Part shown: piece after piece, positions 29,310-39,072 of the stretch
Numbering within the stretch: position 1 is the first letter of the stretch
Layout: each line of letters starts with the position of its first letter
Assembly: GCA_964397195.1 (NCBI GenBank)
Contig: CAYNGY010000001.1
Location: 269,415-333,414 of the forward strand
DNA: 64,000 nt
Direction of reading: 5' to 3'
Source of the DNA: an uncultured Gammaproteobacteria bacterium
Lineage (GTDB): Bacteria > Patescibacteriota > Patescibacteriia > SBBC01 > CAIJZX01
Notes under the pieces: model-generated
What the model saw: the letters and a program-made list of their open reading frames with translations, nothing else
Database searches by the model: none
What the model was told of the DNA's origin: nothing
Position numbers and translations under genes: made by a program

Positions 29310-31184
29310 TTGTCTATGCGCCACAATCATCCACTCAAAAAAACACACCACCTGACCGTCATCCCCGGGTTAGTGCTGATGGTGATCTTTGGCGCCGCCG
29401 CCGCGGTGTACCTCGGGTTCATTACCGTCCCGGCGCTCTTCTCGCGTGATGAAGTCAGACCCGATCTGAGCGCCATCCAAGTCAGTGCGATTGCCCCGAC
29501 GGCCGACGAGAATGGATTCCCGGCGCTGAGCGCGGCGTTAACGTTGACTCCACTCACTGACCTCGATGTGGCTCAGGCGCAGGGGATGTACACAAATCGC
29601 GAGTGGTCATCAACCGAGGCCACCGCGCTAACCAAAAAGTATACGACGCTCCTCGACACGGCTACGACGGCCGCGGGTGCGACGATGATCATCCAGCCGG
29701 AGTTCTTTACCGCTGAAAGCACGCGCGCCACCTTTGATGGGTTTCTCAACTCCGATCCGAATTTCCCGGCGTCATGGTATACCTTTCCCATGACCATGCG
29801 AGCCGTTGGGCAACTTCTCAGCATTCGTGCCCACCAGCAAGCCTTGAATGGGGATTACCCCGCGGGCCTGGCCTCAGCCGCGACGGTGGCCAAACTTGGG
29901 CAGACCTTAGCCAATGGACGATCGACGCTAATCGGGCAGAGTATCTTTTCGCACATCATGGTGAGCGGTTTTGAAACCTTTCAGGCGGTAGCCGCAACAG
30001 CACCGGCGGATGCGGTGACCAAGGCTTTGCCGTTATTACCAACCGGTGATACAAGCGTCGGCGCGATGGAGAGTCTACGCGTCGAGAGCGGGACCTTCAT
30101 CGATCGGCTCCCACAACACCTGACGATGGATTGGGTCATCGGGTCGATCGGCGGGCTCTCATGGTTCAATACCGGTGTCTGGTCGATTGCCGCCAGTTCC
30201 GGCCAAGATCAGTTCATGTTCCATCCGAACGAGACGAAGCGACTGATGGCGGCGAATACCGCGGAGAATATCCGTGAAGTATCGGCTTCGTGTACGACCG
30301 TCACCCCGGAGTCGGATGAGAAAGACTGGAACCTCATTCGCCGCGGCCTCTTCCAAGCCAATGGTTTTGGTCAGATCAGCGCCGCCGAATATGATCGAAT
30401 GATGCAGGGGGTAGCGAAACATCGCTGTGACATATTCGCAAAAGCGAATATATTGCGAACCGCCGCGGCCGCCCGTGCCTTCGAGATCACGACCGGGGCG
30501 TTGCCGGGGGTGCTGACCGAGTTGGTCCCGGGATATCTGCCGTCGGTGCCGCTCGATCCGTACACTGGCCAAGCACCGAAGTATGATGCCATCAAGCGCC
30601 TGATCTTCACCGCTGGCGTGACCCGGACCGCCGCGGCGGGTGATCCGGACGCTCTGTATTGGTCCGTCGAAACGCCAACGGTGAAAATCCTGAACGGACA
30701 GGAGACCGTCTCGCCGAGCGCCAGTGTGATGACGAACCTCTACTATATCGCTGTGGATGATAATGGTGGTAGCGGAGAAAAGATCGGTTGCGGTGATAGT
30801 GTGGTGGCCGTCAAAAAGCCGATTGCGACCCAAAACCTCTTTCCCAATAAGCAGGTTGAAGTCGCCCTCAAAGCGCTCTTCGCCGATACGGCCGAAACGG
30901 TTGGGGAGTCGGGCTTAAAAAATACGTTAGCGGCGTCGAAACTGACGGTACTGAGTGTCGACATCGTCCAGCGGAATGGCCTCGTCAATAATAATGCCTG
31001 GGACGCTAACACGACGATGCGCGTCAAACTGAGCGGGACCATCTCATCCGGCGGAACCTGCGACGATCCACGAATCAGCGCGCAGATTCTCCAGACCATC
31101 GCGCAATTCACCGGCCAATCCAAAATCGACGTGACGGTCAATGGCCAACCATTAGCCACGATCCTATCGTCGCGTGGTGAATAG
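29310..31184 (+). CDS. hypothetical large membrane-anchored extracellular protein
   Basis: 624 aa, N-terminal TM anchor, no recognizable catalytic motif. Confidence 0.65.
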   Translation: MSMRHNHPLKKTHHLTVIPGLVLMVIFGAAAAVYLGFITVPALFSRDEVRPDLSAIQVSAIAPTADENGFPALSAALTLTPLTDLDVAQAQGMYTNREWSSTEATALTKKYTTLLDTATTAAGATMIIQPEFFTAESTRATFDGFLNSDPNFPASWYTFPMTMRAVGQLLSIRAHQQALNGDYPAGLASAATVAKLGQTLANGRSTLIGQSIFSHIMVSGFETFQAVAATAPADAVTKALPLLPTGDTSVGAMESLRVESGTFIDRLPQHLTMDWVIGSIGGLSWFNTGVWSIAASSGQDQFMFHPNETKRLMAANTAENIREVSASCTTVTPESDEKDWNLIRRGLFQANGFGQISAAEYDRMMQGVAKHRCDIFAKANILRTAAAARAFEITTGALPGVLTELVPGYLPSVPLDPYTGQAPKYDAIKRLIFTAGVTRTAAAGDPDALYWSVETPTVKILNGQETVSPSASVMTNLYYIAVDDNGGSGEKIGCGDSVVAVKKPIATQNLFPNKQVEVALKALFADTAETVGESGLKNTLAASKLTVLSVDIVQRNGLVNNNAWDANTTMRVKLSGTISSGGTCDDPRISAQILQTIAQFTGQSKIDVTVNGQPLATILSSRGE

Positions 31185-31246
31185 CGCGGTTGTCCGCAAC
31201 CCAGGTCCAGTCACTGGCCGTGGGTTTCTGGTATACTCTTGAAATG

Positions 31247-31594
31247 AGCACCAGCGCCCGGACCGTGGAGTACATTACGGAACAGATCAGCACGGCCGGC
31301 GATGTTCGGTATCGAAAAATGTTTGGAGAGTATGCGCTGTACTGTGATGATAAGGTGGTGGCGCTCGTCTGCGATGATCAGCTGTACCTCAAGCCGACCG
31401 CGCCGGGGCGAACATATCTCCAGGAGGTTGATGCGGCGCCCCCGTATCCCGGTGCGAAAATATATTATCGAATTAGCGAGGACCGTTGGGATGATCGCGA
31501 GTGGATGACGACCGTCGTGAAACTGACCGCCGCCGCACTGCCGCTTCCCGCGACCAAGAAGACCCGACGTCCATCGCCCCCCAATACCGCCTAA
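31247..31594 (+). CDS. TfoX/Sxy N-terminal domain protein (competence-associated)
   Basis: MFGEYALYCDDKVVALVCDDQLYLK matches the TfoX_N signature; start could also be 31190. Confidence 0.7.
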   Translation, partial: STSARTVEYITEQISTAGDVRYRKMFGEYALYCDDKVVALVCDDQLYLKPTAPGRTYLQEVDAAPPYPGAKIYYRISEDRWDDREWMTTVVKLTAAALPLPATKKTRRPSPPNTA

Positions 31595-31615
31595 TAGGAA
31601 ACTATCTTTTTTCTA

Positions 31616-32226
31616 TGAAGAAAATCCCAACGATCGAGTTTCGCACGTCGCGCATTTACAACGCCCAGTGGACTCGGCCGCCGGAACTGCAAGAACCGCC
31701 GTCACGGGCCGAATGGCAAGCCCGATCCAAAAAGCTGATGCGTCTTTGGACCCGCCATCAGTCGAAGATTCTTCGGACTATGTCGTCCATAACTGGGCTA
31801 CCGTGGGGCGAATCACACATTATTGTCTATCTCTCGTGGGGGATTCGACCGTTCTCTGACCCACTGACGCTCAATCTACGGAAAGATGTCGATAGTGTCT
31901 TCGACACGTTGACACACGAGCTCATCCATCGCCATATAAGCGGCGGCCAAAATTGGGTGCGGGTGAAGCGGCGATGGAATGCCATGGTGGCAAAGTATCC
32001 CGGTCAACCACCGGTGGCCACCAATCACATCCCAATTCACGCCATCCATGCGGTGTTGTGGCAGAAATTGTTTCCCGCCCGAGTCAAGATAATTCAATCC
32101 GATTTGAAATTGGCGCCATATCGGTGGTCATGGTCGATTGTGAATGAGCGCGGTGCGGCCCAAATCATCGAGGATATTTTTGGCCACGCCCAGCCGCGCA
32201 AAAAGCGCTCGACCCGCCGGGCTTGA
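31616..32226 (+). CDS. hypothetical HExxH-motif protein (putative zinc metallohydrolase)
   Basis: About 203 aa from MKKIPTIEF; THELIHRH motif. Confidence 0.55.
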
Positions 32227-32282
32227 CATCGCGGGAATGATGCGCTATCCTGTCTTCCGGCCTACTGCCAAAGGAGGGCTTT

Positions 32283-32486
32283 GTGTCCGTCTCAGTGATT
32301 GAGCGCGATTGGGTGATTCGGTGTGACACGCCTGACTGTACGGTCCAGCACGCGGTCAGCCTCGTGCAGTTCGACGGGGTATTGCCGACCGGATGGCGCC
32401 ATGATGCTATCCTTGGCCAGCAATTCTGCCCAAACTGTCCCGCGACCGGTGCCACGTGCACCTCGAACCCTGTTACGGCAACGTAA
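32283..32486 (+). CDS. small zinc-ribbon protein
   Basis: 67 aa, GTG start with AAAGGAGGG SD, CDTPDC...CPNC; TTGACA-17-TATCCT promoter upstream. Confidence 0.55.
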   Translation: MSVSVIERDWVIRCDTPDCTVQHAVSLVQFDGVLPTGWRHDAILGQQFCPNCPATGATCTSNPVTAT

Positions 32487-32577
32487 CGGGGTGATTTTTT
32501 ATTTGAAAGTGGAATCGGCCTTGCCAAGTATAGCGTCGGCTGGTATGCTGTGCGTCCGACTTCGTATTATTTGCTGT

Positions 32578-33567
32578 ATGCACACAAAAATTGTCGCCAC
32601 GATTGGCCCAAATTCTTCCTCACTCCCAACGCTCAAAAAATTAGTCGAGGCGGGAATGGATATCGCCCGGATCAATTGTTCCCACGCCACGCCGATAGAA
32701 ATTCGTCAACGCGTTACTCGCATTCGCACCGCGGCCAAGGCCGTGCATCGGCGAGTTGAGGTGATGCTTGATTTACAGGGCCCGCGGCTCCGCGTCAGCA
32801 ATGTTCCATCGACCGGCCGTGTCCTGCGCGATGGCGAAGTGGTCGTATTTGATACAAAACTCGCTCATCATCGCCAAAGTATCCATATCGACGACCCGTA
32901 TCTTCACCAAGACATTAAGGTTGGTCACCCATTATTTTTGGCGAATGGCCTGATGGAGCTGATGGTCACGAAGGTATACGAAACAAGTATCCACGCCCGA
33001 GTTGTCCGGGGCGGATTATTGTTGAATCGGAAAGGCGTGAATGTTCCACAGACGAAACTCACCACGTCGGGATTGACGCCAAAAGACATCCTCGATGTTC
33101 AGCGCGGGCTCGACGCCGGGGTTGATCTGATCGCGCTCTCGTTTGTCCAAAGCGCGAAAGATGTGCAACAACTGCGAGCCCTGACGAAAGGGCGCGTCGG
33201 GATTGTAGCCAAGATCGAAATGGCCGTGGCGCTAGGCCATCTGACGGAAATTATTAAAACCAGTGATATGATCATGGTGGCCCGAGGGGATCTTGGGTGT
33301 GAAGTGCCGCCGGAGGAGGTTCCGTTTTTGCAGAAGAAAATGGTCAAGCTCGCGAACAAGCATCGGCGCCCGGCAATTGTCGCCACGCAGATGATGATTT
33401 CGATGGTCAGTGCCCCTCACCCGACCCGCGCCGAAGTATCCGATGTCGCGAACGCGGTCCTCGACGGGGCGGCGATGGTCATGCTTTCCGATGAAACCGC
33501 GGCCGGACAATACCCGGTCGAAGCGGTGACTACAATGCATCGGATCATCCGTCGCGCCGAAGGGTAA
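32578..33567 (+). CDS. pyk: pyruvate kinase (short form, no C-terminal regulatory domain)
   Basis: MHTKIVATIGP..., MVARGDLG and other PK barrel motifs; about 330 aa. Confidence 0.85.
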   Translation: MHTKIVATIGPNSSSLPTLKKLVEAGMDIARINCSHATPIEIRQRVTRIRTAAKAVHRRVEVMLDLQGPRLRVSNVPSTGRVLRDGEVVVFDTKLAHHRQSIHIDDPYLHQDIKVGHPLFLANGLMELMVTKVYETSIHARVVRGGLLLNRKGVNVPQTKLTTSGLTPKDILDVQRGLDAGVDLIALSFVQSAKDVQQLRALTKGRVGIVAKIEMAVALGHLTEIIKTSDMIMVARGDLGCEVPPEEVPFLQKKMVKLANKHRRPAIVATQMMISMVSAPHPTRAEVSDVANAVLDGAAMVMLSDETAAGQYPVEAVTTMHRIIRRAEG

Positions 33568-33651
33568 TCTATTCAGGCCTGAACCCGCCTTGACTTTGGC
33601 GGGTGCTTTGCTAAGGTCGGGGAGTCCTATCTCTCTCGACCGTCCGGAGGA

Positions 33652-34470
33652 ATGGATATGCGCCCCTTTATATCTTGGTGGCGACTACTGCGCCTCAAGC
33701 ATGGCCTAACCGCTAGTGTGGCGACGTGGGTAGTGGCTACGTTTTGCCGTCCATCAGCCGCCCACACATCGACTATCTGGCTGGCGAGCGTCGCCATCGG
33801 CGTCAGTTGCGTGAGTGCCAGTGTGTTCCACTACGGCGCTGCCAACCGCATATACACGCGGAAGGGTGAGACCACGAGCCTCTCGCGACCGTCGACGCTC
33901 ATCGTGTGTGGAGCCGCTGGATTTCTCCTGTCGCTCATCATCGGCTGGGAACTTGGGTTCGCTGCACGGTGCGTCTTGGCCTACAATGCCTTGGCCGTCG
34001 TCTGTTACGCCCGCTGGTTGTCACGGCACTGGGCGACGAAAAACCTGACCATCGCCCTCGTCCTCATCTCGCCGATCATCATGGGCTACTTGGTCGCCCG
34101 GCAATGGCCGCCGCTTCTCGGCTATCTGCTACCGGCGGTGTTCTGCGGGTATCTGGCGCGCGAAATGGCGAAAGATATCAGCGACATCCGCGCCAACTGT
34201 GGCCTCAGAGTAACGCTACCAATCTGGATTGGTGTACCGGGGACGGCGCGTCTGGCGATTCTGTGTCTGGCTGGCAGTGTGGCGCTCTTGCTCTGCGCCG
34301 CCGACATCTCCGCCGGCCATCGCTGGTCGCAAGTTTGCATGGTGGCGAGCGCCGCGACCCTAGGTTGGACCGCGGTGGCACTAGCGATCGGCCAACCCGT
34401 CAAGGTGGCCGAACAGCGGATTGAATATGGTCATCTCTGGCTGATGACCAGCTTGCTCTTCTTCCGATGA
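33652..34470 (+). CDS. UbiA-family prenyltransferase
   Basis: 272 aa, about 8 TM helices, Asp-rich/UbiA-like topology, GGAGG SD. Confidence 0.65.
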   Translation: MDMRPFISWWRLLRLKHGLTASVATWVVATFCRPSAAHTSTIWLASVAIGVSCVSASVFHYGAANRIYTRKGETTSLSRPSTLIVCGAAGFLLSLIIGWELGFAARCVLAYNALAVVCYARWLSRHWATKNLTIALVLISPIIMGYLVARQWPPLLGYLLPAVFCGYLAREMAKDISDIRANCGLRVTLPIWIGVPGTARLAILCLAGSVALLLCAADISAGHRWSQVCMVASAATLGWTAVALAIGQPVKVAEQRIEYGHLWLMTSLLFFR

Positions 34471-34473
34471 TGC

Positions 34474-34512
34474 ACCGGGGTGTGGTCGTGACACCCCGGA
34501 TATTTTATTGTC
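34474..34512 (+). terminator. rho-independent terminator
   Basis: Perfect 9-bp stem CCGGGGTGT/ACACCCCGG followed by a T-rich run. Confidence 0.75.
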
Positions 34513-34545
34513 TAAATATCCCCTCCGGGGGTATACTACGAACAT

Positions 34546-34707
34546 ATGGCGATCAATGCTGTCTGGCATCGGGCCCATCGGATGCCGAAAAACCCGACGC
34601 CGATTCAGCGGCTTCACTGGCATGAAGCGCATATGAACCAGTGCGCCTGCCGCGCGCTGACCCCAGCCGCGCGAAAGAAACTTGTTGATTTAATCAAAAA
34701 GAAGTAA
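34546..34707 (+). CDS. hypothetical 53-aa protein (His/Cys-containing)
   Basis: MAINAVWHRAHRMPKNPTPIQRLHWHEAHMNQCACRALTPAARKKLVDLIKKK; below the ORF-track cutoff. Confidence 0.3.
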   Translation: MAINAVWHRAHRMPKNPTPIQRLHWHEAHMNQCACRALTPAARKKLVDLIKKK

Positions 34708-34727
34708 TGCAACGCATATGAAAAACA

Positions 34728-34898
34728 ATGGTGCAGTCGGCGGCGGAGTCTACGGAATGGCTTTTATCGGCGCCCTCATTTTCTTTATCCAACAGGCGGA
34801 TACGTTTTGGATGGGCGTGCTCGGTGTCTTGAAAGCGCTGGTCTGGCCGGCCATTCTCGTCTACCAACTGCTCAAACTCCTGAACGGGTAGAGAGGGG
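34728..34898 (+). CDS. hypothetical 56-aa two-TM peptide
   Basis: MKNNGAVGGGVYGMAFIGALIFFIQQADTFWMGVLGVLKALVWPAILVYQLLKLLNG. Confidence 0.3.
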
Positions 34899-34959
34899 AA
34901 GAATGTTGACGATCTAACCGCGGGGCGTATGGTATCCGTAGTGGTTGGCGTATACGGAC

Positions 34960-35277
34960 ATGCGCAGGTATTACGTCTATATTCTCGCCACGTATCGAAA
35001 CGGGACACTGTATATTGGCGTGACGAATAACCTCATTCGTCGGGTTGATGAACACCGACGCGAAATAGGCGAGAGTTTCACGAAGCGATACCATGTGCAT
35101 CGTCTCGTGTACTTTGAGGAAACGAATGATATCCGCGCCGCAATTTGGCGTGAGAAGTGTCTCAAGCGGTGGTATCGGTCTTGGAAAATTAGGCTGATCG
35201 AGGAACACAATCCATCGTGGCACGACCTCTATCCGAGATTGCTTGGGTACGATGGATGCCCGCCGACGCGGGCATGA
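34960..35277 (+). CDS. GIY-YIG nuclease family protein
   Basis: YVYIL...GTLYIGVTNNLIRRVDEH matches the GIY-YIG motif; TTGACG/TATGGT promoter upstream. Confidence 0.8.
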   Translation: MRRYYVYILATYRNGTLYIGVTNNLIRRVDEHRREIGESFTKRYHVHRLVYFEETNDIRAAIWREKCLKRWYRSWKIRLIEEHNPSWHDLYPRLLGYDGCPPTRA

Positions 35278-35406
35278 CGGCTAGTAGGTTATGAGGTACT
35301 ACCTAGTCGTGCGGAGATATTCATCAGTAATAAATGGTCACTCCCGCGTAGACGGGAGTCTACCCCGCCAAACACACAATCCCAGAGTCTGCTATACTCC
35401 CAGCCC

Positions 35407-36972
35407 ATGACCCAAGACACCGCCCTGGCGATCCTCACGACCGGCCGCAACGTCTTCCTGACCGGTGAACCCGGCTCGGGTAAGACGTATTTGGTGAACG
35501 CCTACGTCGAGTATCTTCGCGCCCACCACATCACCGTAGCCATCACCGCCTCAACCGGCATCGCCGCCACGCACATTTCCGGGGTAACCATTCACTCGTG
35601 GAGCGGCGTCGGAATCCGTGACCGCCTATCAAAAACCGATCTCGAGATCATTACGACGACCGACCGTCTCGCCAAGCAAATCTCCGGAACGGATGTCTTG
35701 ATCATCGACGAAATATCTATGCTCGATGCGTCCGTCCTGGAGATGGTTGATGAGGTTTGCAAATCCATTCGCCGCTCGGCTGAACCCTTCGGTGGCTTGC
35801 AGGTAGTTCTGGTCGGAGATTTTTTTCAGTTACCGCCGGTCTCACGTCCGGGTGACGAACCGGCGCGTTTTGCCTTTACCAGTCCGGTTTGGACCGAAGC
35901 GATGTTTGATGTCTGCTATCTGACCGAACAACACCGTCAATCCGACGCCGCCCTGACGAGCGTTCTGGCGGCGATTCGTGGTGGCCAACACTCCGATGAA
36001 GCAATGGCTCATCTCGACTCCCGTCGCGTCACGTATGACGCCGACGATCATGGCGCCACGAAACTCTATAGCCACAACGCTAATGTCGATGAGGTCAACG
36101 CCGAGAAACTCGAAAAACTTCCCGGCGATGTTCATGTCTTCGAGATGTCCCATCACGGCCCGCGTCATAAAATTGAAGCCTTAACCCGCGGCTGTCTGTC
36201 GCCGGAACGCTTGGAACTCAAAAAGGGCGCAGCGGTGATCTGCACCCGAAACAATCCGGAAAAAGGATTCGTCAATGGCACGTTGGCGACCGTGGTGGAT
36301 TTTGCCAAGACGGACGGCTATCCGATTGTCGAGACGCGTGATCGTCGACGCATCACGGTCGAACCAATGGATTGGGCAATTGATGAAGGGGAGAAGGGCG
36401 GCGCCCGGATTACCCAAGTCCCGCTCCGCCTCGCTTGGGCGATCACGGTGCACAAGAGCCAAGGAATGTCGCTCGATGCGGCGGTCATGGATTTGTCCCG
36501 TTCATTCGCGTTTGGGCAGGGTTACGTCGCGCTCTCGCGCGTCCGTTCACTCGATGGACTCTTCTTACTCGGGTGGAACAACCGTGCCTTGCTCGTTGAT
36601 CCGATTATTCAAGATCAAGACCGCGTCATGCGTGAACAGTCAGCCCAAGCTGAGCAGTCATGGGCGGCGCGGACCGCCGACGCCCGACGCGAACAACAAG
36701 AAGACTTCATCCGGCGCGCCGGCGGGGTCATCCATCCGAAAGTCTCGACCCACGTGCCGGGGGAAGTTATTGATGTCCCGCCACACGCCAAGCGACTTGA
36801 GGAGATTCGGAAGACCTATCCGCGCGCCTACACGCCGTGGAGTGATGACGACGATCAAGCCATTGCCGAACTCCATGCGAAAGACCTGCCGATGCGCGAG
36901 CTGGCCAAGCGCCTCGAGCGCCATCCGGGCGGGATTCGTTCGCGTCTCAAAAAACTCGGGTTGGTGCAGTAG
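35407..36972 (+). CDS. PIF1/RecD-like ATP-dependent DNA helicase
   Basis: 521 aa, Walker A GEPGSGKT, Walker B LIIDEISML, SF1B motifs, unusual basic C-terminal extension. Confidence 0.85.
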   Translation: MTQDTALAILTTGRNVFLTGEPGSGKTYLVNAYVEYLRAHHITVAITASTGIAATHISGVTIHSWSGVGIRDRLSKTDLEIITTTDRLAKQISGTDVLIIDEISMLDASVLEMVDEVCKSIRRSAEPFGGLQVVLVGDFFQLPPVSRPGDEPARFAFTSPVWTEAMFDVCYLTEQHRQSDAALTSVLAAIRGGQHSDEAMAHLDSRRVTYDADDHGATKLYSHNANVDEVNAEKLEKLPGDVHVFEMSHHGPRHKIEALTRGCLSPERLELKKGAAVICTRNNPEKGFVNGTLATVVDFAKTDGYPIVETRDRRRITVEPMDWAIDEGEKGGARITQVPLRLAWAITVHKSQGMSLDAAVMDLSRSFAFGQGYVALSRVRSLDGLFLLGWNNRALLVDPIIQDQDRVMREQSAQAEQSWAARTADARREQQEDFIRRAGGVIHPKVSTHVPGEVIDVPPHAKRLEEIRKTYPRAYTPWSDDDDQAIAELHAKDLPMRELAKRLERHPGGIRSRLKKLGLVQ

Positions 36973-37011
36973 GGGAGCACGACTGCGCGTAGATCGTGCT
37001 ACACTATTTGT

Positions 37012-37308
37012 ATGTACCATGTCTACATTCTGCGTTGCGCTGATGGGACGCTTTATACGGGAATGACGACGGATCTGCCGCGTCGCGTCGTGGAGCACAA
37101 CACGTCGTCAAAAGGCGCAAAATATACCAGAGCACGACGCCCGGTGACGATGGTCTACTCGAAACGATACCGCTTCCAACGGACGGCGGCTCGCGCTGAA
37201 GCGGCCATGAAGAAATTAACGCGAGACAAAAAACTAGCGCTCCTTCAGTCGCTTACTGTCGATGAGCGAGCGAAGAGCCTCCGAAAAGCACCGCCACTGA
37301 GCATGTAG
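37012..37308 (+). CDS. GIY-YIG nuclease family protein (second copy)
   Basis: MYHVYILRCADGTLYTGMTTDLPRRVVEH GIY-YIG motif. Confidence 0.8.
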   Translation: MYHVYILRCADGTLYTGMTTDLPRRVVEHNTSSKGAKYTRARRPVTMVYSKRYRFQRTAARAEAAMKKLTRDKKLALLQSLTVDERAKSLRKAPPLSM

Positions 37309-37490
37309 GCAGGTCGCGCCTTGACGAAAAATGCGCTCGCGCACATGACGCAGTGTTTGCGCGTGCTCGGATCGAGTTGGATGTGTCGTGCGACCTCGGT
37401 CTTTTTATAACCAATCGAGGGGTGTGTAATAGCCGGTGATAATAGTCGGCTGATATGATGAAAGATCGATTTTAATGACACATCGCGCCT

Positions 37491-37682
37491 ATGTATATCA
37501 AATTTGACCCGTACGATCGGGCGTACGAACCCGCCCACCCAGCCGAGCCAGCGCAACCTCGTCAGCCGGCGCAGCCACCCGAACCCGCCCGCCCTGCTCA
37601 GCCTCGAGAGCCCTCGCACCCGGCTCAGCCAGCACGTCCCGCCGTTCCGGCTCGCCCGGCCGAACCGGCCCATACGGAGTAA
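37491..37682 (+). CDS. proline-rich low-complexity ORF (doubtful)
   Basis: 63 aa made of PAxP/PxxP repeats from an imperfect tandem DNA repeat; no SD. Confidence 0.2.
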   Translation: MYIKFDPYDRAYEPAHPAEPAQPRQPAQPPEPARPAQPREPSHPAQPARPAVPARPAEPAHTE

Positions 37683-37816
37683 CGAGCGCCGCCCACGGCA
37701 ACATTGACTTCCCATAGTCGTTTCGATAAGCTGTGGGCACGTTCTCGGAACGTGGATATGTCGGATCGTCCGACAGTCCGCTCTTTACATTCCATCCTGT
37801 AGAGGGGAACCCGTCC

Positions 37817-38518
37817 ATGGTGCGTAATGTGTTTTTCACGCTCGCTCTCGTCTGTCTCCCGTCCCTCGCCGCCGCGGCCGAAGTCCCGTACTCCGGCCAG
37901 CTGTCGGAAAACGGCAACCTCGTCACCGGCAACCGTTACGTCGCGCTCAACATCTATGCGACGCCGACCGGCGGTGCTCCGCTGCAGCCAGCTCAGGCCG
38001 AATCACTCGCGGTCGTCGGCGGTGTGTACCACACGGTGCTGTCGGTTCCGAACAACATCTGGTTCGGCGGTGATCGCTGGATCGGCGTCTCGATCAACGG
38101 TGGGCCGGAATTTGTGCCGCGGTTGAAGTACTACGCTCCGCCGCGGACATCGCCGTCGTTGGTGACACGTTTTTCCAACTCCGCTTTTGTCGGGGACCAG
38201 TGGACGAAGATCGACAGCGTTACCGTCAATGCCTCTGTCGACGGGTTTACGATCATCAGCGTCGACGGGTTTGCCACCCAGACGATCAACCCAGCATCCG
38301 CAATGCAATACGCAATTGCCGAAACGACGCCGGCTGAAGCGCTCTCACTGGTCACGTCGATTCCGGTATCGGCGACGACCATGCCGATGAATGCGACGAT
38401 CACGGTAGCGATGACCTCTGGCACCCACAAGGTCTATCTGTGGGGGAAGGTGTTGGCCGTGGGCGGGCAGTATCTTACGGGTGTGAGACACTTCAGCGCT
38501 CTCTACATTCCGAACTAG
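37817..38518 (+). CDS. hypothetical secreted protein (high-GC)
   Basis: Start MVRNVFFTLALVCLPSLAAAA (signal peptide) with GAGGGG SD; TTGACT-17-TAAGCT promoter upstream. Confidence 0.65.
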   Translation: MVRNVFFTLALVCLPSLAAAAEVPYSGQLSENGNLVTGNRYVALNIYATPTGGAPLQPAQAESLAVVGGVYHTVLSVPNNIWFGGDRWIGVSINGGPEFVPRLKYYAPPRTSPSLVTRFSNSAFVGDQWTKIDSVTVNASVDGFTIISVDGFATQTINPASAMQYAIAETTPAEALSLVTSIPVSATTMPMNATITVAMTSGTHKVYLWGKVLAVGGQYLTGVRHFSALYIPN

Positions 38519-38527
38519 GAGGACACG

Positions 38528-39055
38528 ATGCGTACATTGCTCATCGCCGTCCTGCTCATCGGGACGGTCAGTGTCGCCTTCGCCCAGGCCATCCAGCCGA
38601 AGACCCTCATCTCGAGCGGGGGAACGCATTCCGCCGCCGGGAATGTGACCATGACCTCGAACCTCGGCGAACCCATCGCCGGTCACTCGCTCAACGGATC
38701 GACCGAGATCTGGCACGGGTTCTACGCGCCGATCCCGCCGTCCCTCGTCGGCGTCGACAACGAACCGCCGATCACGTTCATGTCCTTCCTCGGACGGGTT
38801 AGTCCGAACCCACTGCGCACGTCGGCCGTCATCGAGTTCGGCAACGCGATCCATCAGCGGGTCGAGCTCACGCTCTATGACGTCACCGGGCGCCGCGTCC
38901 GCCAACTTCGGTCGGGCGACCTCTCCGCCGGCATCTTCCGGATCCCATGGGATCTGCGAACCGACGCCGGGCAGTCCGTTCCGGCGGGCATCTACTTCGT
39001 CCGTCTCGCCACCCGTGATTTCCACGGGACCAGACGAATGGTGGTCATCCGGTAG
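38528..39055 (+). CDS. secreted protein with T9SS-type C-terminal sorting domain (Por CTD-like)
   Basis: Signal peptide; C-terminal about 80 aa (SPNPLRTSAVIEF...VELTLYDVTGRRVRQL...AGIYFVRLAT) matches the T9SS CTD/FlgD-Ig-like pattern; GGAGG SD. Confidence 0.65.
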   Translation: MRTLLIAVLLIGTVSVAFAQAIQPKTLISSGGTHSAAGNVTMTSNLGEPIAGHSLNGSTEIWHGFYAPIPPSLVGVDNEPPITFMSFLGRVSPNPLRTSAVIEFGNAIHQRVELTLYDVTGRRVRQLRSGDLSAGIFRIPWDLRTDAGQSVPAGIYFVRLATRDFHGTRRMVVIR

Positions 39056-39072
39056 TGCATCGCTCCGTTGTA

